From Gemmatimonadota bacterium (GTDB lineage Bacteria; Gemmatimonadota; Gemmatimonadetes; Palauibacterales; Palauibacteraceae), in the NCBI GenBank assembly GCA_039590285.1, contig JBDHFS010000001.1, forward strand, positions 1-50,204: DNA of 50,204 bases, read 5' to 3'. The notes under the pieces were generated by a model. That model was not told the origin of the DNA, did not search any database, and saw only the letters and a list, made by a program, of their open reading frames with translations. Shown one piece after another: positions 26,873 to 36,601 of the stretch. The position numbers and the translations under genes were made by a program. Positions within the stretch are counted from its first letter, which is position 1. Every line of letters starts with the position of its first letter.

Positions 26873-27798
26873 CTGGGGACCGAGGCGCCGCGATCGATGA
26901 TTTCCTTCACTACGTGCGGACGGAACGGAGACTCTCACCGCACACGGAGGCGGCCTATCGCCGCGACCTGGCCGACTTTTCCGCCTTCCTGGCCGGCCAT
27001 ATGGAATCCGCCGACTGGGCGTGGGAGAGCGTCCGCCGGCTAGACATTCGAGCCTGGCTCGGAGCCCTCGAGGGGAAGGGACGAAAGCGGTCGACCGTCG
27101 CCCGGAAGCTTTCCGCCGTCCGGGCGTTCTATCGCTTCCTCCACCGTACCGACCGGATCGAAGCCAATCCCGCCCGGCTCGTGCGAACCCCTCGGAAACG
27201 CAAGGACCTTCCGGGGTATCTGACTCGTGCTCAGGCGGACGACCTGTTCGAATCGCTCGAGCGGTATGCGGCCGCCGGAAACGCCCTGGCGGTCCGGGAC
27301 CGGGCGATCATCGAGGTCGTCTACTCGTGTGGCCTGCGGCTCGCGGAGGTACAGGGGCTGGATGACGCTGATGTAGACCTCCAGAGAGGCCTCGTCAGGG
27401 TGCTGGGGAAAGGGAATCGGGAGCGGATCGTGCCCATCGGCGGACGAGCGTGTGAGGCCTTGCGGGACTACCTTGGACGTCGCGACGAGGTGTCGCGAAG
27501 CGCCGCCGGCGGAGAGGGGCGACCACTGTTCGTGTCTCGACGGGGGACACGCATCTCCCGCCGTCAGATCCAGCGGAGCACGGGGGCGTGGCTCGCCTGG
27601 GCGGCTGGTGGGGAGGGCCTATCCACGCACGCGCTCAGACACACGTTCGCCACCCACATGCTGGACGCGGGGGCCGACCTGATGGCCGTCAAGGAACTAC
27701 TGGGCCACGCGAGCCTGTCGACCACGCGTATCTATACGCACACGTCGCGGGAGCGTCTGCTTCAGACATATCGGCAGGCCCACCCGCGAGCCGAATGA
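26869..27798 (+). CDS. xerC: tyrosine recombinase XerC/XerD family
   Basis: ATG overlaps the trmFO stop (ATGA). N-terminal SAM-like domain ([23 protein letters not shown]). Catalytic residues in ...GLRLAEV..., [27 protein letters not shown]. Confidence 0.85.
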   Translation: MTGDRGAAIDDFLHYVRTERRLSPHTEAAYRRDLADFSAFLAGHMESADWAWESVRRLDIRAWLGALEGKGRKRSTVARKLSAVRAFYRFLHRTDRIEANPARLVRTPRKRKDLPGYLTRAQADDLFESLERYAAAGNALAVRDRAIIEVVYSCGLRLAEVQGLDDADVDLQRGLVRVLGKGNRERIVPIGGRACEALRDYLGRRDEVSRSAAGGEGRPLFVSRRGTRISRRQIQRSTGAWLAWAAGGEGLSTHALRHTFATHMLDAGADLMAVKELLGHASLSTTRIYTHTSRERLLQTYRQAHPRAE

Positions 27799-27844
27799 AA
27801 CAAGCGGCGGCCCGCCACCCCGTAAGGTCCGGAAGGAGAATGCC

Positions 27845-28384
27845 GTGAGCTCACTCAGAGCGACGACCATCCTGTGTGTACGCAGAGACGGCGACGTGGC
27901 CATAGGAGGTGACGGTCAGGTCACCATGGACGACACCGTCGTGAAGGCCGGCGCCACGAAGGTCCGGGTGGTGAAGGGCGGAGCGATCCTGGCCGGTTTC
28001 GCCGGCGGAGTCGCCGACGCACTCACGCTGTTCGAGAAGTTCGAGTCCCAGCTCGAAAGGCACCCGGCCAACCTGATGCGCGCGGCCGTGGAGCTGGCGA
28101 AGGACTGGCGCAGCGACCGATACCTGCGTCGGCTGCAGGCGTTGATGATCGTGTCCGATCGCGAGCGCAGCCTCCTCGTATCCGGGACTGGAGAGGTCAT
28201 CGAGCCGGACGACGGCATCCTCGCGGTGGGCTCGGGGGGCAGCTACGCGCTCGCGGCTGCACGGGCGATGATCGCTCACACCGAGATGCCCGCGGCCGAG
28301 ATCGTCCGCCAGGCCCTGTCGATCGCGGCCGATATCTGCGTGTACACGAACTCGAGCATCACGGTTCTGGAGCTGCCGGCATGA
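27845..28384 (+). CDS. hslV: ATP-dependent protease subunit HslV (ClpQ/CodW-like)
   Basis: ..[39 protein letters not shown], and [16 protein letters not shown] 27845 gives MSSLRA before the conserved Thr-Thr. Confidence 0.92.
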   Translation: MSSLRATTILCVRRDGDVAIGGDGQVTMDDTVVKAGATKVRVVKGGAILAGFAGGVADALTLFEKFESQLERHPANLMRAAVELAKDWRSDRYLRRLQALMIVSDRERSLLVSGTGEVIEPDDGILAVGSGGSYALAAARAMIAHTEMPAAEIVRQALSIAADICVYTNSSITVLELPA

Positions 28385-29841
28385 GCGACGCGGTGGCGGA
28401 CGGAGACTCGACCTACTTCGGCGCCCTTACTCCACGTCGGGTTGTGGAGGAACTCGACAAGTACATCGTGGGCCAGGACGAGGCCAAGAAGGCCGTGGCG
28501 ATCGCCCTGCGCAACCGATGGCGGCGCCAGCACGTGGAACCGGACCTGCGGGACGAGATCCTCCCCAACAACATCGTCATGATAGGCCCGACCGGCGTCG
28601 GGAAGACCGAGATCGCGCGGCGGCTGTCCCGTCTGGCCGGGGCTCCGTTCGTCAAGGTGGAGGCCTCCAAGTTCACGGAGGTCGGCTACGTCGGGCGCGA
28701 CGTAGAGTCTATGATCCGCGACCTGGTGGACATCTCGGTCAACATGGTGCGCAGCGAGCGCGAAGAGGAATGCCGTGACGCGGCGGCTGACCGGGTCGAA
28801 GAGCGACTGCTCGATCTTCTTCTGCCGCCTGTGGCCCAGGTGGCGGGCGGAACAGCCGCCGCCGAGCAGGATGGGCGCACCTTCGTGGTGGGGGCGACGG
28901 GCGCGGCACAGCTGGCGGGCGACGAGCCTGACGAGCCCGCCGCGCCGGGCGAGGCACGCCGCCGCCGGACCCGTGAGAAGCTCAGGGGCCTCCTGCGGGA
29001 TGAGAAGCTGGAGGAGCGCGACGTGGAGGTGGAGGTCACGGAGAGCACGGTCCCGACCATGGACATGGGCGCCATGGGCATGGACGGAATCGACTTCAAC
29101 CTCGGCGAGATGCTGCAGGACATCCTGCCCCGGCGCACGCGCCGCCGCCGCGTGACCGTGGCCGAGGCCCGGAGGATCCTGCTGTCCGAAGAGCTCGATA
29201 AGATGATCGACATGGACGAGGTGGTGGAGGAGGCTCTCCTCCGGGCCGAGACCATGGGGATCATTTTTCTGGACGAGCTGGATAAGGTGGCCGGATCCCG
29301 CCGGGACCACGGACCCGACGTCTCGCGAGAGGGAGTACAGCGGGATCTGCTCCCGATCGTAGAAGGCTCGACGGTCCAGACGCGCTACGGAATGGTCGGG
29401 ACCGAGCATATACTCTTCATCGCCGCGGGGGCGTTCCACGTGTCGAGGCCGTCGGACCTGATTCCGGAGCTTCAGGGCCGCTTTCCCATCCGCGTGGAGC
29501 TGCACAGCCTGGGCGAAGAGGAGTTCGTGCGCATCCTGCTCGAGCCCAAGAACGCGCTCCTGACACAGTACCAGGCTCTCGTCGAAACGGAAGGTGCGCA
29601 TATCGAGTTCACTCAAGATGGCATCCGGGAGATCGCCCGCATCGCCGCTGACGTGAACCAGCGCCTCGAGAACATAGGGGCACGCCGCCTGCATACCGTG
29701 CTCACCACCCTCCTCGAGGACATCATGTTCGGCCTTCCCGACGAGGGCGTGGACCAGCGCTTCGTCATCGATGCCGGCGTCGTGAGCGATCGTCTGGCGC
29801 GAATCGTCGAAGACGACGACCTTCGGCGTTACATTCTCTGA
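28381..29841 (+). CDS. hslU: ATP-dependent protease ATPase subunit HslU (ClpY)
   Basis: ATG overlaps the hslV stop (ATGA). [34 protein letters not shown], Walker [15 protein letters not shown], Walker [10 protein letters not shown], and an inserted I-domain. Confidence 0.95.
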   Translation: MSDAVADGDSTYFGALTPRRVVEELDKYIVGQDEAKKAVAIALRNRWRRQHVEPDLRDEILPNNIVMIGPTGVGKTEIARRLSRLAGAPFVKVEASKFTEVGYVGRDVESMIRDLVDISVNMVRSEREEECRDAAADRVEERLLDLLLPPVAQVAGGTAAAEQDGRTFVVGATGAAQLAGDEPDEPAAPGEARRRRTREKLRGLLRDEKLEERDVEVEVTESTVPTMDMGAMGMDGIDFNLGEMLQDILPRRTRRRRVTVAEARRILLSEELDKMIDMDEVVEEALLRAETMGIIFLDELDKVAGSRRDHGPDVSREGVQRDLLPIVEGSTVQTRYGMVGTEHILFIAAGAFHVSRPSDLIPELQGRFPIRVELHSLGEEEFVRILLEPKNALLTQYQALVETEGAHIEFTQDGIREIARIAADVNQRLENIGARRLHTVLTTLLEDIMFGLPDEGVDQRFVIDAGVVSDRLARIVEDDDLRRYIL

Positions 29842-29920
29842 CTTCGATTCCCGACGCCGGGCCGGGAGCAGCGGCGCCCCGCCGCCGATGTTCCGGATGC
29901 GAAAGGACTTCTGAGCGATC

Positions 29921-31027
29921 ATGAGCGACCTCAAGAGAACGCCCGTGTACGAGGCCCACGTGGAGCGCGGGGCGAAGATGGTGCCCTTCGCGGGCTTCGA
30001 GATGCCGGTCCAGTACCCCACCGGGATCCGGCGCGAGCATGATGCCGTGCGGTCCGCGGCCGGCCTGTTCGACGTGTCTCATATGGGAGAGTTCCTCGTA
30101 GGGGGTCCGGACGCGCTTCCGTTTGTGTCGCACGTGACGAGCAACGATCCGGCCCGTCTCGAAGTGGGACAGGTCCAGTACAGCGTGTTCTGTCTGCCGG
30201 ACGGCGGGATCGTCGACGACCTCCTCGTCTACCGGCTCGACGGGGGCTTGTACCGACTGGTCGTCAATGGAGCCAACATCGCCAAGGACTGGGCGCACGT
30301 TCAGGGCCTGGCGGATGGGTTCGACGTCGAGCTGACGGATGAGAGCGACGACATAGGCCTCCTGGCCATCCAGGGCCCCGCGGCCGAGGAGATCCTTCGG
30401 CCGCTGGTGGACGTGGATCTCGCTTCCATGAGATTCTACTGGTTCGAGGAAGGCCACGTGGCTGGCGTGCCCGGCGTGATCAGTCGCACCGGCTATACGG
30501 GAGAAGCGGGTTTCGAGCTGTACGTGCAGCCGGAGGGCGCGCGGACCGTGTGGGACCGCCTGCTGGAGACCGGCTCCGGCCGTGGCCTGATCCCGGCCGG
30601 CCTCGGCTCGCGAGACTCGCTGCGCCTCGAGATGGGATACGCCCTGTACGGCAACGATATCGACGAGACCACCTCGCCGCTCGAGGCGGGGCTGTCGTGG
30701 CTGGTGAAGCTGGGCAAGGAGTCCTTCGTCGGCCGCGATGTCCTGGCCGGCCAGAAGGAGGCCGGCCTGTCCCGGAGCCTCACCGGGTTCCGGCTCTCCG
30801 AGAGAGGTTTCCCGCGACCCGGGTACGAGGTGATCTATCGGGGCGAGTCGGTCGGCCCTGTTCGGAGCGGCACCCTGAGCCCCTCCCTCGGAGTGGGGAT
30901 CGGCACGGCCTATCTGCCCGCGGATGCGGAACCGGGAGACCCGCTGCACGTGCGGATCCGCGACAGGGACATACCGGCCGAGGTCGTCCGCATGCCCTTC
31001 TACACGAAGGGGTCGCTCGAGCGGTGA
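29921..31027 (+). CDS. gcvT: glycine cleavage system aminomethyltransferase (T protein)
   Basis: LKRTPVYEAHVERGAKMVPFAGFEMPVQY, FDVSHMGEF, TGYTGEAGFE, and GLGSRDSLRLE. Confidence 0.93.
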   Translation: MSDLKRTPVYEAHVERGAKMVPFAGFEMPVQYPTGIRREHDAVRSAAGLFDVSHMGEFLVGGPDALPFVSHVTSNDPARLEVGQVQYSVFCLPDGGIVDDLLVYRLDGGLYRLVVNGANIAKDWAHVQGLADGFDVELTDESDDIGLLAIQGPAAEEILRPLVDVDLASMRFYWFEEGHVAGVPGVISRTGYTGEAGFELYVQPEGARTVWDRLLETGSGRGLIPAGLGSRDSLRLEMGYALYGNDIDETTSPLEAGLSWLVKLGKESFVGRDVLAGQKEAGLSRSLTGFRLSERGFPRPGYEVIYRGESVGPVRSGTLSPSLGVGIGTAYLPADAEPGDPLHVRIRDRDIPAEVVRMPFYTKGSLER

Positions 31028-31524
31028 GCGATCATGCGAGTCTGAGGGTGGCCGTCCTCACCGTCTCCGACGGCGTCGCCAGCGGGGCGCGCGAGGACAG
31101 GTCCGGTGGCCTGATCGAGGCCTGGATCGAGAATCGTGGCTACCGCCTGGCCGATCGGCGGACCGTTCAGGACGAATCGGGACCCATCGCGGATATGGTG
31201 GCCCGTCTGTGCGACAGTGGCGAGTGCGACGTCGTTCTCACGACTGGCGGGACGGGACTGACTCCGCGGGACGTGACACCGGAGGCGACGCGAGCGGTCC
31301 TGGAGCGAGAGGCTCCCGGCATCGCGGAAGCGATTCGCATCCAGGGACTCCGGAATACGCCGAGGGCCGCGCTCGGACGTGGCGTGGCCGGAACCCGGGG
31401 CGCCACCCTGGTGATCAATCTGCCTGGAAGTCCGGGAGGGGTGGAGGACGGGCTCCAGGTGCTCGAAGTGTTCCTGGATCACGCCGTGGCCCTGGTTCGC
31501 GGCCGCTTCACCAGTCACGACTGA
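31024..31524 (+). CDS. MogA/MoaB-family molybdenum cofactor biosynthesis protein
   Basis: GTG 31024 overlaps the gcvT stop (GTGA). LRVAVLTVSDGVASGAREDRSG, DVVLTTGGTGLTPRDVTPEAT, and LVINLPGSPGG. Confidence 0.85.
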   Translation: MSDHASLRVAVLTVSDGVASGAREDRSGGLIEAWIENRGYRLADRRTVQDESGPIADMVARLCDSGECDVVLTTGGTGLTPRDVTPEATRAVLEREAPGIAEAIRIQGLRNTPRAALGRGVAGTRGATLVINLPGSPGGVEDGLQVLEVFLDHAVALVRGRFTSHD

Positions 31525-31537
31525 GCGGGACGACGAC

Positions 31538-33139
31538 GTGGCCAGAGTCTTCGTCGAGATGGCGGACATCGAGAGTGCCGTGGCCGTCCGCGAGGCGGCC
31601 GAGGCGGACGGGCACGACGTGGAGATGGTGGACGCCGTCCGCGACATCGAGGGACGGCTTCCACCGCTGGGCGAGGACATGGCCCTCGTTCTCACGGGAG
31701 GCCTGGAGCCATCGCTGGCCACGCGCCTGGCGGGAGCGTTGGGCGACCTGATTCCGCGCCCGCCCGTTCTTGCCGTGGTTCCGGAGAGCGATCCGGAGGA
31801 CCTGCGCCGCGTGACGCGGCTGTTCGACATCGACGAGGCCATCCCGTCGCCTCCGGATCCCGCGGAAGTGCAGGTGTCTCTTCAGAATCAGATCGAGCGA
31901 TTCCGGCTTCAGCGGGAGACCGGAATCGTCGGCCGGACCGAGGCCATGCGGGAGGTGCTCGAGCGGATCCACCTGATCGCCCCCGTCAACTCGACCGTTC
32001 TGATCACCGGCGAGAGCGGGACGGGCAAGGAGCTCGCGGCCCGGGCCATGCACCTGCTCTCGCCGCGTCGCAACCGTCCGTTCATCGCGATGAACACGGG
32101 CGCCGTGCCCGAGTCGTTGCTGGAGTCCGAGCTGTTCGGGCACGAGAAAGGGGCTTTCACCGGGGCCACGTCGCGGCGCAAGGGCATGTTCGAGCTCGCC
32201 GACGGCGGGACGCTGCTGATGGACGAGATCGCGGAGATGCCCGCACAGCTCCAGACGCGCCTTCTCCGCGTCCTGGAGACCCGGCGCTTCATGCGCGTCG
32301 GTGGCGACATGGAGATCCAGGTCGACCTTCGGGTGATCGCGGCCACGAATCGGGATCTGCGCGAGGCCGTGCGGGTCGGGATGTTCCGCCGGGACCTGTA
32401 CTATCGGCTCAACGTCCTGCACCTGGAGCTGCCCGCTCTGCGTGAGAGGAAGCCGGACATCCCGATCCTGGTGCGTCGGTTCGTGCGGGAGGTGAGTGAG
32501 GCCCACGACCGCGAGTTCAAGGGCCTGGCTCCCGAGGCCATGCAGATCCTGCTGGAGTACGACTGGCCGGGGAACGTGCGCGAGCTCCGCAACCTGGTGG
32601 AGTCCATGGTCGTGCTGGCGCCGGGAGCGGTGATCCGGGCCGACGATATCCCCCCCGACATTCGATCCGGCTCCGGTCGGTCGATGCTTCCCATGCCGAC
32701 GATGGGGGCGCTCGCCGGCCTGGAGCCTGGAGACGATGGCGCCGGCGTCCCCGCGGCCCGAATTCCGCAAATGGAGTTCATCTTCCGGACGCTGGTCGAG
32801 ATGAAGATGGACCTCGAGGACTTGAGGGCCGAGTTCGAGCGCTACCGGAGCCGCCACCCCGAGCTCACGGGCGGGCTGGAGGTGGGGGATCTCCCCATCC
32901 AGACCATCGAGATCACGGCGAGCGATCAGCCGGACGCCGTTCCCAGTGCGGCCATCGAAGTGGATCCGATCCCTACCATCAGGCTTACCCCGGACATGAC
33001 GATGGGTGATGTGGAGCGGGAGGCTATCCGCCTTGCCCTCTTCGAGGTGGGAGGGAATCGGCGCAAGGCGGCCGACAGGCTCGGCATCGGGGAACGGACC
33101 CTGTACCGCAAGCTTCGACAATACGACATGGAGCCCTGA
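31538..33139 (+). CDS. sigma-54-dependent transcriptional activator with a degenerate (pseudo-)receiver N-terminal domain
   Basis: AAA+ sigma-54 interaction domain (GESGTGKE, EKGAFTGA, LLMDEIAEM, NVRELRN). C-terminal Fis-type HTH (NRRKAADRLGIGERTLYRKLRQY). The N-terminal 120 aa have receiver-like alternation but lack the acidic pocket, phospho-Asp, Thr and Lys. GTG start 31538 (ATG 31559 is an alternative). Confidence 0.88.
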   Translation: MARVFVEMADIESAVAVREAAEADGHDVEMVDAVRDIEGRLPPLGEDMALVLTGGLEPSLATRLAGALGDLIPRPPVLAVVPESDPEDLRRVTRLFDIDEAIPSPPDPAEVQVSLQNQIERFRLQRETGIVGRTEAMREVLERIHLIAPVNSTVLITGESGTGKELAARAMHLLSPRRNRPFIAMNTGAVPESLLESELFGHEKGAFTGATSRRKGMFELADGGTLLMDEIAEMPAQLQTRLLRVLETRRFMRVGGDMEIQVDLRVIAATNRDLREAVRVGMFRRDLYYRLNVLHLELPALRERKPDIPILVRRFVREVSEAHDREFKGLAPEAMQILLEYDWPGNVRELRNLVESMVVLAPGAVIRADDIPPDIRSGSGRSMLPMPTMGALAGLEPGDDGAGVPAARIPQMEFIFRTLVEMKMDLEDLRAEFERYRSRHPELTGGLEVGDLPIQTIEITASDQPDAVPSAAIEVDPIPTIRLTPDMTMGDVEREAIRLALFEVGGNRRKAADRLGIGERTLYRKLRQYDMEP

Positions 33140-33183
33140 GGGCCGGACGCGATCGACCGGACCCCCGGCGGCCGTTCGCTCTC

Positions 33184-33936
33184 CTACTGCGGATCGGGTG
33201 CGGCGCGCGACATCACCTTGGAAAGCTCGCGGTCGAGCACCGTCCGTATCCCGTTCCACCGCGTACCCTGGTGGCCTCCGTACTCGACGATCATCGGCAG
33301 GTCCAGGTCGATCTCGGCGGGAAATAGATACAGGGCCACCTGACTCTCCTGCTGCCTGAGCCTCTCCCGGGTGAAGTCGGGAGTCACGGGCAGGATGTCG
33401 AACGGCCGGAACACCTGATTCTGGCTGCGGATCTGCAGGTCGTACGGTTCGAAGGTGCTCTCCACAGCACGGGTGTAGAACGAGACGAACATGACGAGCG
33501 GCCAGCCCCTCTCCCCGTTTCGGCGTGCGCGCTCACGGATTTCCTTGCCACGACTGAGCTTGAAACCGTTCAGGCGCCGGTACGTGTCCGGGGCGGTCAT
33601 GCGGATGACCCACTCGGTCAGCGGCGTCACCTTGATGGCCAGGTTGCCGGATCCTATGGCAACACCGACCGTGATGTCGTCCTGCGACAGCGTTCCGAGT
33701 CCGGCGGGCGGGAGGGGACGTGCCCCCGGGATCTCGAGGTCTTCGTGCCAGCCGTCATCGGTGTTCTGCGCCACCGCCGTGCTCACGCCGACCGGGGAGT
33801 CGGGAGCCGGAGCCCCGCCACACGCGGCCAGGGTCAGCGCGAAGAAACCGATCGCGGTTCGGCGCAGACACGGCGAGCTCCACGGCCCACGGGCCGGAGC
33901 CCGTTTCACGGCATCTCCGGCGGTCTCGTATTTCAC
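33184..33936 (-). CDS. hypothetical lipoprotein
   Basis: GTG 33936 overlaps the engB stop (GTGA). Signal peptide plus lipobox ..IGFFALTLAAC/GG. No recognisable family. The ORF extension to 34263 overlaps engB and was not used. Confidence 0.6.
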   Translation of the reverse strand: MKYETAGDAVKRAPARGPWSSPCLRRTAIGFFALTLAACGGAPAPDSPVGVSTAVAQNTDDGWHEDLEIPGARPLPPAGLGTLSQDDITVGVAIGSGNLAIKVTPLTEWVIRMTAPDTYRRLNGFKLSRGKEIRERARRNGERGWPLVMFVSFYTRAVESTFEPYDLQIRSQNQVFRPFDILPVTPDFTRERLRQQESQVALYLFPAEIDLDLPMIVEYGGHQGTRWNGIRTVLDRELSKVMSRAAPDPQ

Positions 33937-34565
33937 GTTGCCTCCACGGGATCCGGATCCACCAGGGCGAAAATGCTCGCGACCAGAGTGTCCAGCCCCT
34001 CCTTCGTGCGGGCCGACGTGGCCAGCACCTGATCCGGCGGCGCATCCAGCTCGCGTCTGACCGATTCGACCGCCGCCTTCCGCCCGGCCCGGTTGAGCTT
34101 GTCGATCTTGGTCAGCACATACAAGGCGGGCGTCTCGCTCTCGGCGAGGAACGCGAGGAGTCGACGGTCCGCCGGAAGCACTCCGCGCCGCGCATCCAGC
34201 AGAATGACTACCCCTTCCAGAAGGGGGTTGCTCGTGAGGTAGTCCTCGATCAGGGTGGGCCATCGATCCCGCATCTCCTCGGGAGCCCGTGCGTAGCCGT
34301 ACCCCGGCAGGTCGACCAGGAAGTACTCGCCGTTGACCAGGTAGAAGTTGATCTCGCGCGTCTTCCCTGGCTTCTGCGAAACGCGGGCCAGGGCCTTACG
34401 ACCCGTGACAGCGTTGATCAGGCTGGATTTTCCGCAATTCGAGCGGCCGGCGACCGCCACCTGCGGCAACGAATCCGGCGGATCCTGCTCGGGAAGACCT
34501 ATGGCACCCGCGAACTCGACCTGCCTGATGCGGGGCCGGCGGCCGTCGGGCGCTACGGGAGCCAC
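33933..34565 (-). CDS. engB: ribosome biogenesis GTP-binding protein EngB (YsxC/YihA)
   Basis: G1 GRSNCGKSSLIN, G2 region GKTREINFY, G3 DLPGYGYA, G4 TKIDK. Position after clpX as in many bacteria. Confidence 0.9.
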   Translation of the reverse strand: MAPVAPDGRRPRIRQVEFAGAIGLPEQDPPDSLPQVAVAGRSNCGKSSLINAVTGRKALARVSQKPGKTREINFYLVNGEYFLVDLPGYGYARAPEEMRDRWPTLIEDYLTSNPLLEGVVILLDARRGVLPADRRLLAFLAESETPALYVLTKIDKLNRAGRKAAVESVRRELDAPPDQVLATSARTKEGLDTLVASIFALVDPDPVEAT

Positions 34566-34575
34566 AGTGATCGCG

Positions 34576-35811
34576 TCAGGCCTCCCGACGGGTCGGCTCG
34601 GGCTCGAGGATGAGAAGCGGCTCCGTCCCCTCTGTGATCGTCTCTTCCGTGATCACGATCTCGCGCACGTCCTCGCGCGAAGGAAGGTCGAACATGATGT
34701 CGGTCATGACCCGTTCCAGGACGGCTCGCAGGCCGCGCGCGCCGGTGCCGCGCTCGATCGTCTTCCGGGCCGCCGCGCGCAGTGATTTCGGATCGAAAGT
34801 GAGACCGACGCCCTCCAGTTCGAACATCTTGGTGTACTGCTTGACCAGTGCGTTCTTGGGCTGGGTGAGAATCTCGACGAACGCATCCTCGTCCAGGTCG
34901 TGGAGCGTGACCATCACCGGGAGCCGTCCGACGAGCTCGGGGATGAGTCCGTATCGCAGCAGGTCTTCGGGCTCGACGCTGTCGAGCGGGTCGTCGTCCT
35001 CGCCCACGAGGCGGTTCTCGTCTCCGAACCCTATCTGTCGCTTGCCGAGCCGGTCCTGGATGATATCCTCCAGCCCGTCGAAGGCCCCGCCACAGATGAA
35101 CAGGATGTTGCGGGTGTCGATCTGGATGTACTCCTGCTGCGGGTGCTTGCGCCCGCCCTGCGGTGGTACGGAAGCCACTGTTCCCTCGAGGATCTTCAGC
35201 AGGGCCTGTTGAACACCCTCACCGCTCACATCCCGCGTGATCGACGGGTTCTCGCTCTTGCGGGCGATCTTGTCGATCTCGTCGACGTACACGATTCCGC
35301 GCTCGCACTCCGCCACGTTGTAATCCCCGGCCTGGAGAAGCCGGACCAGGATGTTCTCCACGTCCTCGCCCACGTAGCCGGCTTCAGTCAGCGTAGTGGC
35401 GTCGGCGATCGTGAACGGAACCTGGAGCATGCGGGCCAGAGTCTGGGCCAGCAGCGTCTTGCCCACCCCGGTCGGTCCCAGGAGCAGGATGTTCGACTTG
35501 TCGATCTCGACTTCGTCGACGACGCTCTGATTGTTGATTCGCTTGTAGTGATTGTAGACGGCTACGGCGAGAGTCTTCTTCGCTACCTCCTGACCGATGA
35601 CGTACTCGTCCAGAACGTCCTTGATCTCGGACGGCGTGAGGACCTCCGCGATCTGGCTCGTGGCTTCGCGGTCCTCCTCTTCAGCGAGGATCTCGTTGCA
35701 CAGCGAGATGCACTCGTTGCAGATGTAAACGTTCGGTCCGGAGATGAACTTCTTGACGCTGTCCTTGGACTTACCGCAGAACGAGCAACGCAAATGCTTG
35801 TCGCCGGGCAT
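34576..35811 (-). CDS. clpX: ATP-dependent Clp protease ATP-binding subunit ClpX
   Basis: Zinc ribbon CSFCGKS...CNECISLC, Walker [16 protein letters not shown], Walker [10 protein letters not shown], and a GYVG pore loop. Confidence 0.97.
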   Translation of the reverse strand: MPGDKHLRCSFCGKSKDSVKKFISGPNVYICNECISLCNEILAEEEDREATSQIAEVLTPSEIKDVLDEYVIGQEVAKKTLAVAVYNHYKRINNQSVVDEVEIDKSNILLLGPTGVGKTLLAQTLARMLQVPFTIADATTLTEAGYVGEDVENILVRLLQAGDYNVAECERGIVYVDEIDKIARKSENPSITRDVSGEGVQQALLKILEGTVASVPPQGGRKHPQQEYIQIDTRNILFICGGAFDGLEDIIQDRLGKRQIGFGDENRLVGEDDDPLDSVEPEDLLRYGLIPELVGRLPVMVTLHDLDEDAFVEILTQPKNALVKQYTKMFELEGVGLTFDPKSLRAAARKTIERGTGARGLRAVLERVMTDIMFDLPSREDVREIVITEETITEGTEPLLILEPEPTRREA

Positions 35812-35838
35812 GCGCGAATCTCCTGACTTCGTCCTCGA

Positions 35839-36525
35839 TCAACCGGCCTCGGGCCCATCCTCGAGGGCCTGCGGCATCGCCTTCACCTCTCCCACCCTAT
35901 CCGCCGACTCCCCGGCACCGGATCCGTTCTCCGCGGATTCCTTGCCGGGCTCTATGATCCTGTCGATAAGTCCGTACTCGACAGCCTCCGCGGGAGACAT
36001 GTACCGGTCGCGGTCCACGTCCTCCGCGACTCGCTCGACCGACTGTCCGGTGTGATGCGCCAGCAGCTCGTTGAGCCTCTCGCGGGCAAACAACACCTCT
36101 CGCGCCTGGATCTCGATGTCGGACGCCGTTCCCTGGGACCCGCCCGACGGCTGGTGGATCATCAGCCTCGAGTTTGGCAACGCGGAGCGCTTGCCAGGCG
36201 TTCCGGCGGCCAGGAGGAACGCGCCCATCGACGCGGCCATCCCCATGCAGATCGTCGCGACCGGTGCCGTCAGGTACTGCATCGTGTCGTAGATGGCCAG
36301 ACCGGCGTACACGCTTCCACCAGGGCAGTTGATGTAGATGTTGATGTCGCGTTCCGGGTTCTCCGCCTGGAGGAACAGGAGCTGCGCGATGACTACGTTG
36401 GACACATCGTCGTTGATAGGCGTTCCGAGGAAGACGATGCGGTCCATCAACAGTCGCGAGAAGATGTCGTAGGTTCGCTCCCCGCGGCTCGAGCGCTCGA
36501 TGACATAAGGCGCGTAGATTGGCAT
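35839..36525 (-). CDS. clpP: ATP-dependent Clp protease proteolytic subunit ClpP
   Basis: [34 protein letters not shown] (catalytic Ser), and [10 protein letters not shown] (His). A C-terminal tail of about 36 residues extends beyond the conserved ..[11 protein letters not shown]. Confidence 0.96.
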   Translation of the reverse strand: MPIYAPYVIERSSRGERTYDIFSRLLMDRIVFLGTPINDDVSNVVIAQLLFLQAENPERDINIYINCPGGSVYAGLAIYDTMQYLTAPVATICMGMAASMGAFLLAAGTPGKRSALPNSRLMIHQPSGGSQGTASDIEIQAREVLFARERLNELLAHHTGQSVERVAEDVDRDRYMSPAEAVEYGLIDRIIEPGKESAENGSGAGESADRVGEVKAMPQALEDGPEAG

Positions 36526-36601
36526 TTTCCCTCTTCGTGTCGCCTTTTCCGGTCGTTTCAGATCATCGTACCCGGTCGCGAGTCATGGTTCCGGGGCCAC
36601 T

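Noticed and set aside
26869-27798. Tyrosine recombinase as a marker of an integrated mobile element
   Set aside because: It sits in the conserved housekeeping context trmFO-xerC-hslVU with overlapping stop/start codons and has XerC/XerD-type motifs. No att-like repeats, phage genes or transposase genes are nearby.
29842-29920. Possible glycine riboswitch upstream of gcvT
   Set aside because: The spacer is only 79 nt. That is too short for even a single glycine aptamer plus expression platform, and I could not find the conserved aptamer core.
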